A DNA stretch of 64,000 nucleotides from Octopus sinensis (Eukaryota). Location of the stretch: NCBI RefSeq assembly GCF_006345805.1, contig NC_042997.1:178870001-178934000 (forward strand), given 5' to 3'. Of the stretch, positions 35,044-48,800 are shown piece after piece. The notes under the pieces are model-generated. The model was not told the origin of the DNA, searched no databases, and saw only the letters and a list, made by a program, of their open reading frames with translations. Made by a program: the position numbers and the translations under genes. Each line of letters opens with the position of its first letter. Positions within the stretch are counted from its first letter, which is position 1.

Positions 35044-37404
35044 CATTCTTTTATATTTATATATGCTTACACACATAAATTAACATAAACACACATGCAT
35101 ATGTGCGTGATAAGTGTGTATATTTAGATATGCTTCTATGTATATTCGATATCGGATTGGGAATGCTCATGACACCGATGTATGAATATACTGTCGATCG
35201 AGGAGGAAAATTAAGTATTGAACTACCCATCGATGATCGTATATCAACTATTGCATATTATCCACAACGACATCTTCTCTCGGCACTGTTTATGTAACTT
35301 TCGACAAACGTTAGCAGAATAAACGGGTGTGTGCAACTGGAGATCAAGGTTTATCAATCCCATCTGTTCGACTTACCAATCAATGAAAGGTCTCTGTTCT
35401 TGAATATAATATCAGATATGCAACACCCCTTTCAAGTTAAGCTCATATTACATTGATTTACAGCATCATTATAACCGGTTGTGTGTGACCAACATATTTT
35501 CAGTTATATACATGTATATTTTTATACAAATACCATAAGATTTAAAGTCGAGTAGCATTATAGGAATAGGAGTTTCTTGTCAATTTCCACTACATTAAGC
35601 AGCGAGAAATCTTACGGAAAGATTATCACTCCGCTTTTGTTGCGGCTCTTACTTTTCCCAGGTCATCCTTGATCAAATAGGCCTATAATAAAATGCAGCC
35701 CGTGCACATTGATCCCGGATTCTTGTAGATATATCACTGTTAGGACTGACTACATTGTACAATGTATCATTGACTTTGTAAAACAGCTAGGTGTGATTTG
35801 AGGGAGATTTGGGTGTTAATTCGTCAGATGTATGCTTTGAAGTCCACTCATTGGCTTACCAGCTATTTCTTGCTGGTCGAGCGATCGACTTGACTAGTTA
35901 CCAACTCCTGTTAACTCTACATGTGCATATCATTAGTGAACCACGTACATTGTATGCACATGGCCTGATGTTCCGAGTTTGGGGCTCATGACCGCAAGAG
36001 CGCGTATTCAGTTTCTGGGTCGGGTAGCACAGTGTGTTCAAGTGCGGTACAATTCAATCCACGTTGTTCTAGCGTATTGAGCTCTAATGACTACCAGGCG
36101 AGTGCCGTTGAAGCCGTATTTCCCTCATACTGTCACTTACTGGATGTTCTGGTCGGTCAAGGGTGGTGGCAGTCATGAGGTTGGCTATGCCTGTTCACGA
36201 CTTCATAAGCACCTCGAACAAAGTATGGTACATGTGTTTGCTAATTGCTTAAGGACTGGCTGAATTCGTATGTTTTATAGTTTTCTGCAAAATACAATTT
36301 ACTCTTCACTGGAATATTGATTTACTAGAATACTGAGTGAAGGTAAACCACAATTCATAAAATGTAAAGCCTCCTAATATCTGTCAAATCTGTTTGGGTA
36401 AAATTCTGATTGAAATTCAATGTAGGGGAGATTTACCTAAGAGAATAGTAGCTTTACTTTCTGTTGAAAATGTGCTCTGGGCAAAAACGTGCTCTGAGTA
36501 ATACAATTACTTTTAATTTTTCTTTTCCTCGTTTTAAATTGTAGTCTCTATTTTATTCCCAAGGAGCCATTTTAATCTATTTGACAAACTAGACAAGTAT
36601 GCAGCAATAAACACAATGGAAACGTCACTCTTATAATTTAAACTTTCGAAAATCTTCAGATTGTGTTGTTACGCTCCCATTAGAAATCAATCATCGATTT
36701 TTTTTTACATGTGAATTTAAAATCATGAAGCATAATTCGTCTCTCCCTCTACAACGTTTAGGTGGCGAGACATTATTTTTTCAATGTTCACTGCCCATTG
36801 ACCCCTCTCTTTCTTCATCTCTCTTTTTTCTCTCGCCTTCTTCCCCACACTCTCTCTCTCTCCCGCTTTGGCGTGTCGAAATATGAAAGCCTATTGAAGT
36901 AAAATTGACTGCAATACTTGTTCGGTTTTACTTTGTTTCTCTCCGCATTATATCGATGCATAATTATTATGACACTATAAAATATGCGATGTGCTAACAT
37001 TTTCAAATTTATACATTCTCTGTATTTTATATGATTTCCAACCTTTCCTCTCCTATTCTTTGCTCTTCCTAGTAACCACAACAGATTTCAAAAATGAGGT
37101 GTTTACGACAAATTCCTTCCTCTCTTGAAGTAATAATCCAGATGAGACATATTTCTCCCTCACTGTCTGTCTGCCAGTCTATCAGTCTGTCTGTGTCTCG
37201 CCTCCACAGGATAGAACACTAATTCAATTGAAGTTAACTTTCTAAGAACAAAGCTGTACCTAATCTGCCACGGAGAAAAAATTCTATCAAGCATAAAGAG
37301 AAGTCTTGCTCTGAATCTAATATAAGAGCAGCATCTGATGTATAATCATCTACTTAGTCGAAATGAAGTTGTATATAATTAAGATATCGGCAAAATTGTA
37401 ATAA

Positions 37405-37701
37405 AGCAGGCATGGGTGTAAGGTTAAGAAGATCGCATTAAAACCACGTGATATTTTAGTTCAATACTATTGAGAGGCGCCTTAGGCAATTGAATTCTAC
37501 TATAACTCGGGGCAGACAAATGCCTTGATTCGTATACACACACATACACTCATATATACACGCGCGCACACACACACATACACATGATAAACTAAGAATA
37601 TGTCGTACAATATAATTGGGCACTTGAAAAGTTATGTACCAGGTAGGGCATGCTGTAAAGAGCTGACAACTACTCATCGTATGTTATTATACATTTGATT
37701 T

Positions 37702-37740
<39 letters not shown>

Positions 37741-37960
37741 ATGTCTGTCTGTTTGTCTGTGTGTCTGTGTTTGTGTTTGTCTCCTTTGACCGCTTGACAA
37801 CCAGTTTTGATTTGTATACGATACCATTCCTTAGCATCTCGGCAAGTTAATGGGAGTAAGTAGAAGGCTTAAGAATAAGCACTGGGATGATTTGTACCAC
37901 TAAATACTTGAAAGCGGTGCTTTGGCATAGCTGCCGTCCAACTAAACGATAAAAAATATG
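37405..37960 (+). mobile_element. Decayed family B SINE
   Basis: Head GGCATGGGTGTAAGGTTAAGAAG...GGCGCCTTAGGCAA...CTACTATAACTCGGG; 3' part CGCTTGACAACCAG...AAGAATAAGCACTGGG...GCGGTGCT. Confidence 0.6.
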
Positions 37961-38822
37961 TAATAGACTGAAATTAATATAAATGCTTAAAAATGACGTA
38001 TACAAAAACTGACGCTTATAAAAGAGACACATACAAAACGTATATAAAGCAAACATACGACATTGAAGTATAAGAAAACAGGCACAGAAAAAAAAAATAA
38101 CACCGACAGATGTATACAATTATAATATAGACAGTAACAGTTAATAGAAGAAATATCACTCATTGAGAAAGATTACTTGTTCATAAAGGGGGAAATTGAT
38201 GAAGCATTAACAGGAGAAATTACCAGTGGAAAAAAATTATAAAAAATGAAAAAAAAAAAAGAATAGGCGATAAGAATGAAGAAAGAGGAGAAAAAAAACA
38301 GCTTTAGATTTTTCAAAGTAATATTAGCATAGTAATAGTAAATGAAAAAAAAAAAGGAGATCTAGTGAAATGCGGTCGGTGGTAATATCTGAATTATTAG
38401 TGGTGGTGGTGAAAGAGTAAAAGGTTCAAAGATAATAATAAGGGATGAGCGAGAAAAGACCACAAGAACTTAATGAGAGTAGCTAGAGGAATATAATAGC
38501 GGGGGAGAAGCAGAAACGACATCAACCTCAGCAACACTAGTAGTAGTAGTAGTAGTGGTGATGGTGGTGGTGGTGGTGGTGATGGTGATGGTGTGGTGGT
38601 AGTAAATAAAGGAAGAGAGGACAAGGGAGAAAAGGAAATGAACAAAAAGAAGATTAAAGCGAGTAAATTAATTCCAACAGTGTAATTCTTCCATAGCAAG
38701 TAATTTCAATGAGCCACTAGTTTGGCTTGCCAAATGTTCGTGCCTGTTAAAAAGGTCAGTATGTTATTTCGATAATGCAGGTTATATTAATTAATAAACG
38801 CTGTTTACCAAGGTCATTCAGA

Positions 38823-38823
<1 letters not shown>

Positions 38824-38877
<54 letters not shown>

Positions 38878-38915
38878 GTTGTTGTTGTTGTTATTATTGT
38901 TATTATTATTATTAT
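38824..38915. repeat. (TTA)n/(TTG)n microsatellite
   Basis: Directly visible. Confidence 0.95.
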
Positions 38916-41216
38916 ATGTTTTTTTTTTGGTGATTGCAATTTGTCGGACTTGCCAATTTCATTCCCAGACTTCCATGGTCGATTTTGGTCGGTTGAGTCT
39001 TATTACTTGTTTGTAATTCTATACCCTTACTTCTCTGGCTCAGACGATAATAGGCCACACGACAAATTGGAAGCTCCTGCGGTTCAGTTCTTTACTATTA
39101 TTGTACAGTTTTCAAAGCGAGACGGGATAGGATCCGAGACAGGAGGAGGAGGAAGGGTGGATGCTATCTTCAGACCGAACACCTAATCAAAATGTATGCA
39201 ATAGAGTGAAGATCGCTAAAAGGTGACCAAGTGAATGTGATGTTAGACCCGCCTTCCTCACTGTTTCCGTCCGACAAACGTTACCCACATGGAACTTGCA
39301 AAGCCCTTTGGATTGAACCTGAAATTACTGGATTCCAAAAGTTTATTAAATTTGATGAACATTTTAAAAGAGGAAAGGTTATATGTAGTTCTAGATATCT
39401 AAACAAAAGACAGAATGTTAACGGCTGGATGCCTTTCATTCGGAGTCTGCTTGGTTGGGTTTGTAACTGCAACCAATAACCTTTTGACTTTGTTTAGCCT
39501 CAAGACAAACATAATAGAACAGACCTATTATCAACGGTATTCCGTCTGTGAACATCTTTCATTTCTATTCTTTTTGCAGTGTGTGTACTACACTATTCAT
39601 TGTCTGTGTAGAGAGTCCTTCGATTGTTCGATTTATAATTGTATAGATATACTTGTACTCTATAACATTGTTCCATATCAAATATATTTAAAGATGCCCT
39701 ACTATGAGTTTATTGTTGTAAACTTCGTGTCGTGCTTTATCTCAGCCTCATGTGGACAAAGGCACAGACACACATAAACGTACATAGTTGTGAAGACAAA
39801 AGAGATACATCCACGACCATAACATGTACTTAAATTAACTGTATAAGACCTAAAAATAGCAATAAAATTGTAATATGTGAAAGTGATTGTTTGTTTTATT
39901 AGTATGAACAAAGGCGAATGCATTATAAGACAGCAGCAAATTTACCAAAATTAGGAAACACAACCCTGTATAACTAATAGTTAAATTCAAAAGATTAATT
40001 ATTGTAGCAAACGTACAAATAGGATCATCCTAATATAAATATTTGGAACAGTAATGATTCACAGCAGAATAAACTCCTTCGAACATATAATCTTTTAAAG
40101 AACACACAGACACATAGGGTCAATAGACAACAAGACAGAATAATAAAGATTCATACACCGGAGAGATATATTGTACGCTCACCGGAGGAATTCCAACGAA
40201 TTTTACTAGAAGTTATTTTTCAGTATGGACGTAGAAATCCTCCTTATGTTTGTTATTGTAACTATGTAGGCATAATATCAAATTAGGTGTATACACATGT
40301 AACAATAAAAGAAACAAATCTGGCTATAAATATCCTAAGAAAATTTCTCTTGGTTTGCTCATCTGAGATTCCCTTCTGTTGTTCACAAGTTATTCTATAC
40401 ACCAAAATAGAGTAAATAGCCATGGGCTCATTTTTCAAACCTTAACGTGCTGTCAAACAAGCGTTGAAAATCATGTTATTTATCAACATAATCGCTTTAC
40501 ATACACACTCGAAGGCTTAGTAGATTTGAAGATGATTTCAAAAGTAATTGTATACTCAAAATTAAAATGCACCATCGCTAGTTCAAGCTTAAATTAAGGC
40601 CACGCACCAAACATTCTTAGATATGAATACAGATTCGACGGATGAATGGAACAAGTCATTCAGTTTCTCTCTATATGGAAAACGAAAAGCAATGATTATG
40701 CAGGGGATACAATACGTATAACATGACTGTTGCCAAATAGTTTCTGAGACAGACATTTAATTTTTCATCTAAAAAGAGGTGTTGCCTGAAGAAATAGAGA
40801 TAAAGACATTTTAATAAGGATGCATAATCTAATTACAGTAGAATATAACAAGAGTAAATTACGCATATACAATCACCGGTAAAATACACAGAAGCCAAAT
40901 ATGTGACATACTACGTGAGCAAAATCCCTCTAGTAAGAGATTGAATATCTGCGTAATTTAAAAAAAAGTAATCGTACAAGAGAACACAGCATGTATAATA
41001 TGTAACCATAAATAAACAGACAAATTATAAGCGCCATAATTATAAACTACTTATATGTTTTATACAGAAAGTACTAAAGACAGCCAATGTATTATACAAT
41101 ATTTTATTGTAAACATTAAAAAGAATGTAAATTTCATGATTCCAGCTCTCATGTGAGGTAAACATGTAAGGCACTTTCTCGCCCTTTTGACTATGTATTT
41201 ACTATGAGAAACTATT

Positions 41217-41480
41217 GTGGAGGCGCATGGCTTAGTTGTTAGGGTATGAGCATCATGATCGTAAGATTGTGGTTTCGATTCCTGGGCAGGGCGACGCGTT
41301 GTGTTCTTGAGCAAAACACTTCATTTCACGTTGCTGCAGTCCACTCAGCTGCCAAAAATAAGTAACGCTGCGATGGACTGGCGTCCCGTCCAGCTGGGGT
41401 ACACATACGCCATAGAACCCGGGAAACCGAGCCTATGAGCCTGGCTATGCTTTAAAAGGGCGCATTTATTTATCATTATT
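41217..41480 (+). mobile_element. Family C SINE, full length with TSD
   Basis: A box TGGCTTAGTTG, B box GGTTTCGATTCC, then TTGTGTTCTTGAGCAAAACACTTCA and a V-domain-like GCGATGGACTGGCGTCCCGTCCAG. TSD AGAAACTATT at 41207-41216 and 41484-41493. Confidence 0.9.
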
Positions 41481-41961
41481 ATAAGAAACTATTATAACAT
41501 GAGGAAACAAAACAGAAGAAAGAAATTTGTTGATTACATTAACATCATAAGAAGCTTACATAAAACTAAACGATTAGCTATAAAATATTTACTAAAAGGA
41601 AAATGTAAATGAGAAAATAACATATAGATAAAACATATGTGAATAAAACCCCACGGAGTTAGTGGTTAAGCTGCATTAAACCCAGAGATGATGGTCGAAA
41701 TAAATAACAGTATTTAAATTTGTATTTTTAAACTTGTACGTTTTTTAACCCATTGAATCTCAATTATGCTGAAGTATCAACTTTTTCATCATTACGACGG
41801 CAATCGAAATGCCTCAGTTGGTAGCTCAGATTAAAAACAAGATACTCCAATAAATGTTATTGTTGTTATTTTTGATGAAACTCTTTCACAGGGTAAACTA
41901 AATGAATGCATTGTATTGGTTTAGCAATATCGACAATACTAATAATGTATTTTTTTTCATT

Positions 41962-41996
<35 letters not shown>

Positions 41997-43009
41997 TTCT
42001 GCAACCACACAGTCGTACGAGCATACGTAGTCACAACAAGCACACATAGACATACGTGTGGCTTACACGTACACATGCAGGCAGTCAGTTTTTCCTCCCT
42101 ATCGAACCACTTTACGATAATTGGCAGAGCTAAAGGTATTAATAGACTCAGCATTAATTGGCAGACGAAAACATCATTGCACAGCAGTCTATATTTGTAT
42201 TACAGTCTTACACCTCATATTTTCTCTACGGATCAAGTATGTTTCTTTTGTCTCATTTATTTTAATATCTTGTAAAAGACCAACTTGCCCAAATTTCTAA
42301 ATCGATATTCACTAAACATCTGATCAGAAAGAATAAATGGGTATATTACATATATTATCTATATAAAATGTCTAGCTATTTATGTTCTTGCTATGATGAA
42401 TAGTAACTTTATTGCTATTAAAGAAGTTTGGGCTTCTTTTCAAACTATCTCTTTTTACTCCACACATACACACACGCACATACACACATATATGTATTAG
42501 AAAAATGTGATTGAACGTGAACGTTGGGAGGAAATCGTTCCGTTTACTAGCGAGCTTGCAGGACTTTAGATCTTCTCGACGGCTTTGGTTTGTTTCGATT
42601 ACATAACTGTAATAGTAATAAACTGATAACCGAAAATAAAATATATACGGAAATAAATGCTATATAGTAGATTGTACGGTAAAAAATACATGAAATGGGT
42701 TAATGAGTTCCTTTCAATATCAGTGACTGAAACACCAAATATATCCTATGTGCAGTATTTACTGCAGACAAGGCTGTGTAGTTAAGTAGCTAAGTGTGGG
42801 TAATACCTTTAAACATCGGTTTCTACTTGAAAAGATACAAGACTCGAAAAGATACAAGACGAGTAGGGAAAACAAATAGGCCGAATAGCGTATAAAAACC
42901 TCATGTAGTATTTAAGCATCTATAAAATGAAGTGAGACTGATTTAATGAACTCAGATTTGGGTAACCTTCTACTGATGATTCTATTTATATACATATTAT
43001 CATTTTTAC

Positions 43010-43044
<35 letters not shown>

Positions 43045-43457
43045 CTGTGTTCAGCCCTGCGTGGCCAATAAAGAAATCTATCTACCTATCAATCTATCAA
43101 TTGAAAGCTATCCCGCCTGACGCTTTCTCCGATCCATTGGCTGTTCTTTTATTTATCGACCTCGAAAGTATTAAAGGTAACGATGACCACAACTGGATTT
43201 GAACTTGGAACATCGAGAATCGAAACATTCATTGTAAGCAATTCTACCCAACTAAAATCTCTCAGCCAATTTGCTGACTTTTGATCTCAGTATATTAACT
43301 ATGTTTTGAGGTTACTGAAACAAGAATGTTGTCCAGTGAAGCTTTTACCAAAGCTTCGAAGGAGGTCTTATGAATTGAAAAAAGAAAAAAAAAATTTCTT
43401 AACGACTGATCGTTTCTTAATCAAAGTGAATCACTAAAATCACTAATGTAACTAATA

Positions 43458-43510
<53 letters not shown>

Positions 43511-43523
43511 ATCTATCTATCTA

Positions 43524-43628
<105 letters not shown>

Positions 43629-43900
43629 ATTTAATTATTTACATGTAGATTTCTTGTACATGTTTTAACACTGATCTCTTGGTATTTCGGTATGAAACCG
43701 GTGTGGGACCATATGCTGCAGCCTATTCTATAAATATGATAATTTAAGTGAGCATTTTAAGAATAATATGTCCCGGTAAATCACACCCATGTAATTTACA
43801 TCGAATCCGACTTGAATCTAATTCACATTGGAAAGTCTAAAAATTCTCAGAAGGACAATCACCTCTCAGATGGATTTATGGACTGTTACATACATACATA

Positions 43901-44460
43901 ATAGAGAAGAGAAACTGCGTACAATTGTGGAAATTAGCGGCTCAGCGAATGTTGACATAAAGCTGAAAATCAGGGAAAAAGAGAATACCTACGCTAAACT
44001 ATTGAGAAATCTGCAGTTACTCTACACAGATTACAAGTTCATGTTAATAACTGTAATTATTGGGAAGCTGGGATATGTAACACACTGCCTATACACTAAT
44101 ATAGAGAAATTAGGCTTCTCAAAACCAGAAAGGAGAAAACTGATTTGAAGACTACAAATCCAATCCTTAACAGGAACTGTAAAGATCTGTAAAAATTTCC
44201 AGAAGTTCATCATTTAAGTATATATGAGCATGTCTATATATACAAGTATATGCATGAGAAAATATATATAAAACAAAACATACAAAATCTGCACGTATAC
44301 ATACATACATACATACATACATACATACATACATACATACATACATACATACAATCTCAGTTGTTGATGTTCAAATTCCAATGAAAGAGTCTTGCGTCTA
44401 GGTTAGAAACAGGCTCTTTCTCTATTGGCAAGAAATATTGAAATAAAACTGAATAATGAC
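43901..44460 (+). mobile_element. RLE-type (R4/Dong-like) retrotransposon 3' end, flanked by CATA repeats
   Basis: REEKLRTIVEISGSANVDIKLKIREKENTYAKLLRNLQLLYTDYKFMLITVIIGKLGYV...LQIQSLTGTVKICK. It starts right after TACATACATA and ends in CATACA-type repeats. Confidence 0.82.
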
Positions 44461-44532
44461 ATACAGACATACACACATAGATACATAATACATACATATA
44501 TACATACATAGACAGACAGACAGATACATTTA

Positions 44533-44627
<95 letters not shown>

Positions 44628-45539
44628 TACATGTGTATATGTGTGTGTGTTCGTCTAAGAAACCAGTAAGTTGAATGGAGATTAAAATTTGAATTGCCTG
44701 CGAATATCTTTCCTGATCATATCAGTCCGTTGAGAAATGTCAATGTCAGTGATATTCTGTAACTGGAACTATGATGGAATGTCATTGACTTTATTTGGAG
44801 GTCTAATTTAATCGGCAGTAGAAGGACAAAACTATTAGTGTGCCGGACAAAACATATCGCCACATTTAATCACAAAGCTTCACGTCCTAAACTCAAAAAA
44901 ATATCTGGAGTTAATTTTTCCTTTCATACCGCCGAGATTGATAAAATAAGTATTAGCCCGTACTGGGGTTTAACTAAATTAGTCAAACATCACTCTCTAA
45001 GTCTGTATCTTTGTGTCAAACGTAAAAATAACGACATTGGCTGTGAGAATCAGTATACAGCCAGGAATGTTTAGCTAGTTAGTCTTATGATTTGAATAAT
45101 AATCCTGCCGGAGTCGACTTTTCCTTTCATCTATCTGTAATTCATAAAATAGTACTCAAGTAGAAGCGTTAATTTAATCGATTATTAACTCCTCAAATTA
45201 TACAACTAATTTGATTAATTTGTTATTTTCTTAGTTTAAACCCATTGGATCAGTTAATTCTATATATTTTATCATGAATGATGTACACTAGCTTCCTGGT
45301 TGAGTTTTCGATTTAATATAATACACAAAACAATTAGTTCATGTTGGTGAAGAGGAACTAGGCTTCGGGTTAACCGAAACTGGATTCTGCTTTCGAATTC
45401 TGGGGAAAGCCTGTATTCTATTTTACTTATTCTACCACTAAGCTTGTAAATGCAAAGATGTAGGAAATCTATTTTCTTGTAATAAAGAAATTATTACATA
45501 ATAATGTCTATCTATCATCTAAATATACAGACACGCTTT

Positions 45540-45706
45540 CATACATACTTACATATATACATGCATACATACATACATACAAAATACATACATTCATACA
45601 TACATACATACATACATGCATACATACATACATACATACATACATACATACATACATACATACATACATACATACATACATACATACATACATACATACA
45701 TACATA
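45540..45706. repeat. (CATA)n microsatellite
   Basis: Directly visible. Confidence 0.95.
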
Positions 45707-48189
45707 CGTGATTGCACTTTTCTCTGGTATGATTAGTTATATCTCTTCTGCAGAGAATAAATATTGATCAGGGAGATCTGCTTGGCCTGATATATTAGCT
45801 GGTGTCGGATTCAGGAATTTCTACTATTGACAAATTCTTAGCAGAACCGACAGAGCATTAATCACTTAGTGACGGAACAAACAAATTGTTTCCTACTCTA
45901 ATATTTTTATGCACGGGAAATTATGTAGCAGTTTTGCTTGAGCGGCGTTGCGTTCTTGTAAATTAATATTTATCTCGAAAACATTAATCATAACTATCTA
46001 CTCATGGAAATAATGTTGTTGAATGACTTCTTTAATTATCCCGAAGTCATTGAGTACGGCGTAGCATATTTATTACGCTACTGATGAACGTTCTGTTTAA
46101 ACAAAACTCAGTTCGTTTAACTTGAGTGTCAAAGCCAGTATTTTCCATATTCCGTCATCTTTATTGAGATATTTTCCTATGAAATGTAGAAAAATCTCAT
46201 TGGGTTGATTAGATTACTTCTAAATTAGCGTAAGTAGAAGGATGTGTTTCATAACGAAGTGAGCAGTAGGGGAACGACTATGTGATTAACGAATGTTTAG
46301 TGAGTTATGTATGAAAGAAGAACGCTTTGGGGCAAAATTTATCGGAGTATCAGAGCAAGTATCTTAATTTGTAATATTTATGAATGTTTATTGTTGCTAT
46401 AAAGCATATCTTCCCGTAATGAGCTAAACGTCATTTGTTTTTAAGGTATCTACCAGAGCTCTGACAATCATCCTACTTTGAATGGTCCACGTAATTAACG
46501 AAATTAATATTTAAAAAAATGAAGTGCTAATCAAAGGATGAGGTTTATTTGTTTCCATTTTCTGTGAAAATATCTCTAGGAGGAAACTATGAAAAATACT
46601 AACCAGAGTGTGAAATAAAAGATTTTTTTTTTGTTAAAGAGTAAATGTGAATATAATTTTCAAATATGAGAATAAGGACCTAATCGATATTAAAAGTAGC
46701 CAAAACTCTGTTAGTGACTTCCGTGTGCCGGATGCGCCTTTATTTTCTAAAAACTGCGGTTGTTGGTCTATTGCCAAACTACAAACCATCGAGCTGTATT
46801 TCGGTCAGTCGCACACTTAAACAACTTGAATTTAAAGCCGCTTATTTTTGCCCATTAATGCTCGACCTTACATCGGCAATACATTTTAGGATGTTCATAT
46901 ACGAGTAAACATTAAAAAGAACAGGTTTGCGATCAAAATAAAAATAAATTACTTCAAATTACTTTTAACATACTAAATACGTTTATAGAGCCTAAAATAC
47001 ATAAGATTATCTACATTTCATGTTTACTTTCCTCATCCATTTGTTCTCAAGTAGACATACCATCCAGGCCAATTTTTACCTTTCATCCATTTCTGGACTG
47101 CAGTGATATACAACACTACACTCTTCAAGGTATTGGCTAAACGAGTGTTAAAAATAAATATAGTTAATCGATTGTCTGACACATTTAACTTTTTTATTAT
47201 AGAAACTAAGTTTCATTGAATTACTATCACTAACATTTCTCACAATTCACTAAAAAACATTATAAAAAATATAAATTCTCGACTGAAGCATTTTTTTATT
47301 GCAAAACAAAAACCTGTGAAAAATATTCAGTTTCTTAAAAGGAAACATATAGTTCAATAATTCCTATAATAGAATGGTTATATAATTCCGTATTAAGTCT
47401 GTGGAGAATAAATTATAGTATACACATTTTAGAAGGGTAAAAGATTTTTCTGAACAAAACTTTCAACACAATTTTGAAGAAGACAAGATAGTATCGATGC
47501 TTAGCCCTGGTGCAGATTTAATTGAGCAAAACAAAACTGAAAGAGTATCTAGCAGTGACTATCACGTGTTTGTGGTGGTTGTTTAATCTTGATCACCCCT
47601 AATCAAGTAGATCTAAAATGATAAGCATTCGAGCTGTAGCTATCCCATTTCTTTTTAGGGGGTTTGAAATATAAATTGTAATTTATACGTAAATTTAATT
47701 AGTTATGATTTATTCATCCTCAAAGTATACTCGCAGCCATTTGATTGTTTAATAAGTTCAGTATTACGTTCATAAAGATGTTCATATATGAAATAAATTG
47801 GGTCCCACATCTATCTTCAGCATTATTGTAGATAAACATATACAGATACTTGGTTATAATGCTAGTATTCTTGTGAGCATTGCTGCATGTTTCGATATTG
47901 AAAATTGTTATCCCCTTTTGTCTTGTTGCGTTGTAGTCGTTCGTAATGGTCAAGTCGTAGGAAAGGGAGTACAAATAAAATGAGGAAGTGATGTGTGAAG
48001 AGAAAATGAAAAGGACGATAATCTGTCGACTGTTATTAATGAAGTGTTGTTTTTCTCCAGGCTGCTGGTTGTAATGTTTATTGTTGCTGTTAATTGTTGA
48101 TAGTTTAGTCCTTAATAGATGCAACACCCAAAAGCCGTATTGGCATCTCTTTCTCCATTAATGACAAATCATTTAATGTGTGTATGTAT

Positions 48190-48800
48190 GCTTGTGTGTA
48201 TGTTCTCTTCTGTTTTTAATTATTTGAAATCTTCCTTTGAGGAAGGATCTGGTTCCTAACACAGTTATTAACATCCGTCGTTGGAATGTAGACTACAAAA
48301 ATAAATTGACATTTTAGACTCGAGAAAAGTCTTGCAAATTTTTAAAGTGTTCCACGTACAGACTGCATTTGTAATGTGCGAATTAGCTGGTTGATTTATT
48401 TTCCTCTTTTTAAAAAAAAGCTTCGCTTATCCAGATTGTAAATTGGACATTTGCTCACAACACCGAGTGCAGCAATTATGATTGATATAAATGTGAATTT
48501 ATAATCCAAACTTGAGGCTGGAAGTTTCGAAGCAGTTGCCTTTAGTTATCATCTGTCTCTTTGATTTTAGAAGAGATATTCACATCAGCAGTGCAGCTGA
48601 TCGCTAGGACAGTACATATTTTTCATGTCTGTCTCAACGACAGTATTCAATATGTTATGACAGACGTTTTTATGGGAATGTTTCACCGATATTAGCAGTG
48701 TTGATATTTGAGTAAGTATTCAATAACAGGGAGATACTCCATACTTATTTCAGGACAATATTTTGCCTAGTTTTCCTCACAGAATGGCCAGATATCAGAT
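48190..48800 (-). mobile_element. Older relative of the 43.9 kb RLE element
   Basis: Minus strand CTVLAISCTADVNISSKIKETDDN*RQLLRNFQ/DYKFTFISIIIAALGVVSKC/QLIRTLQMQSVRGTL/KICKTF aligns with 43901-44215. The 3' UTR ends in CATACA repeats. Confidence 0.75.

Noticed and set aside
47720-48127. 135-aa minus-strand ORF
   Set aside because: No recognisable motif and a non-ATG start. It lies next to a retroelement tail and may be decayed element sequence.
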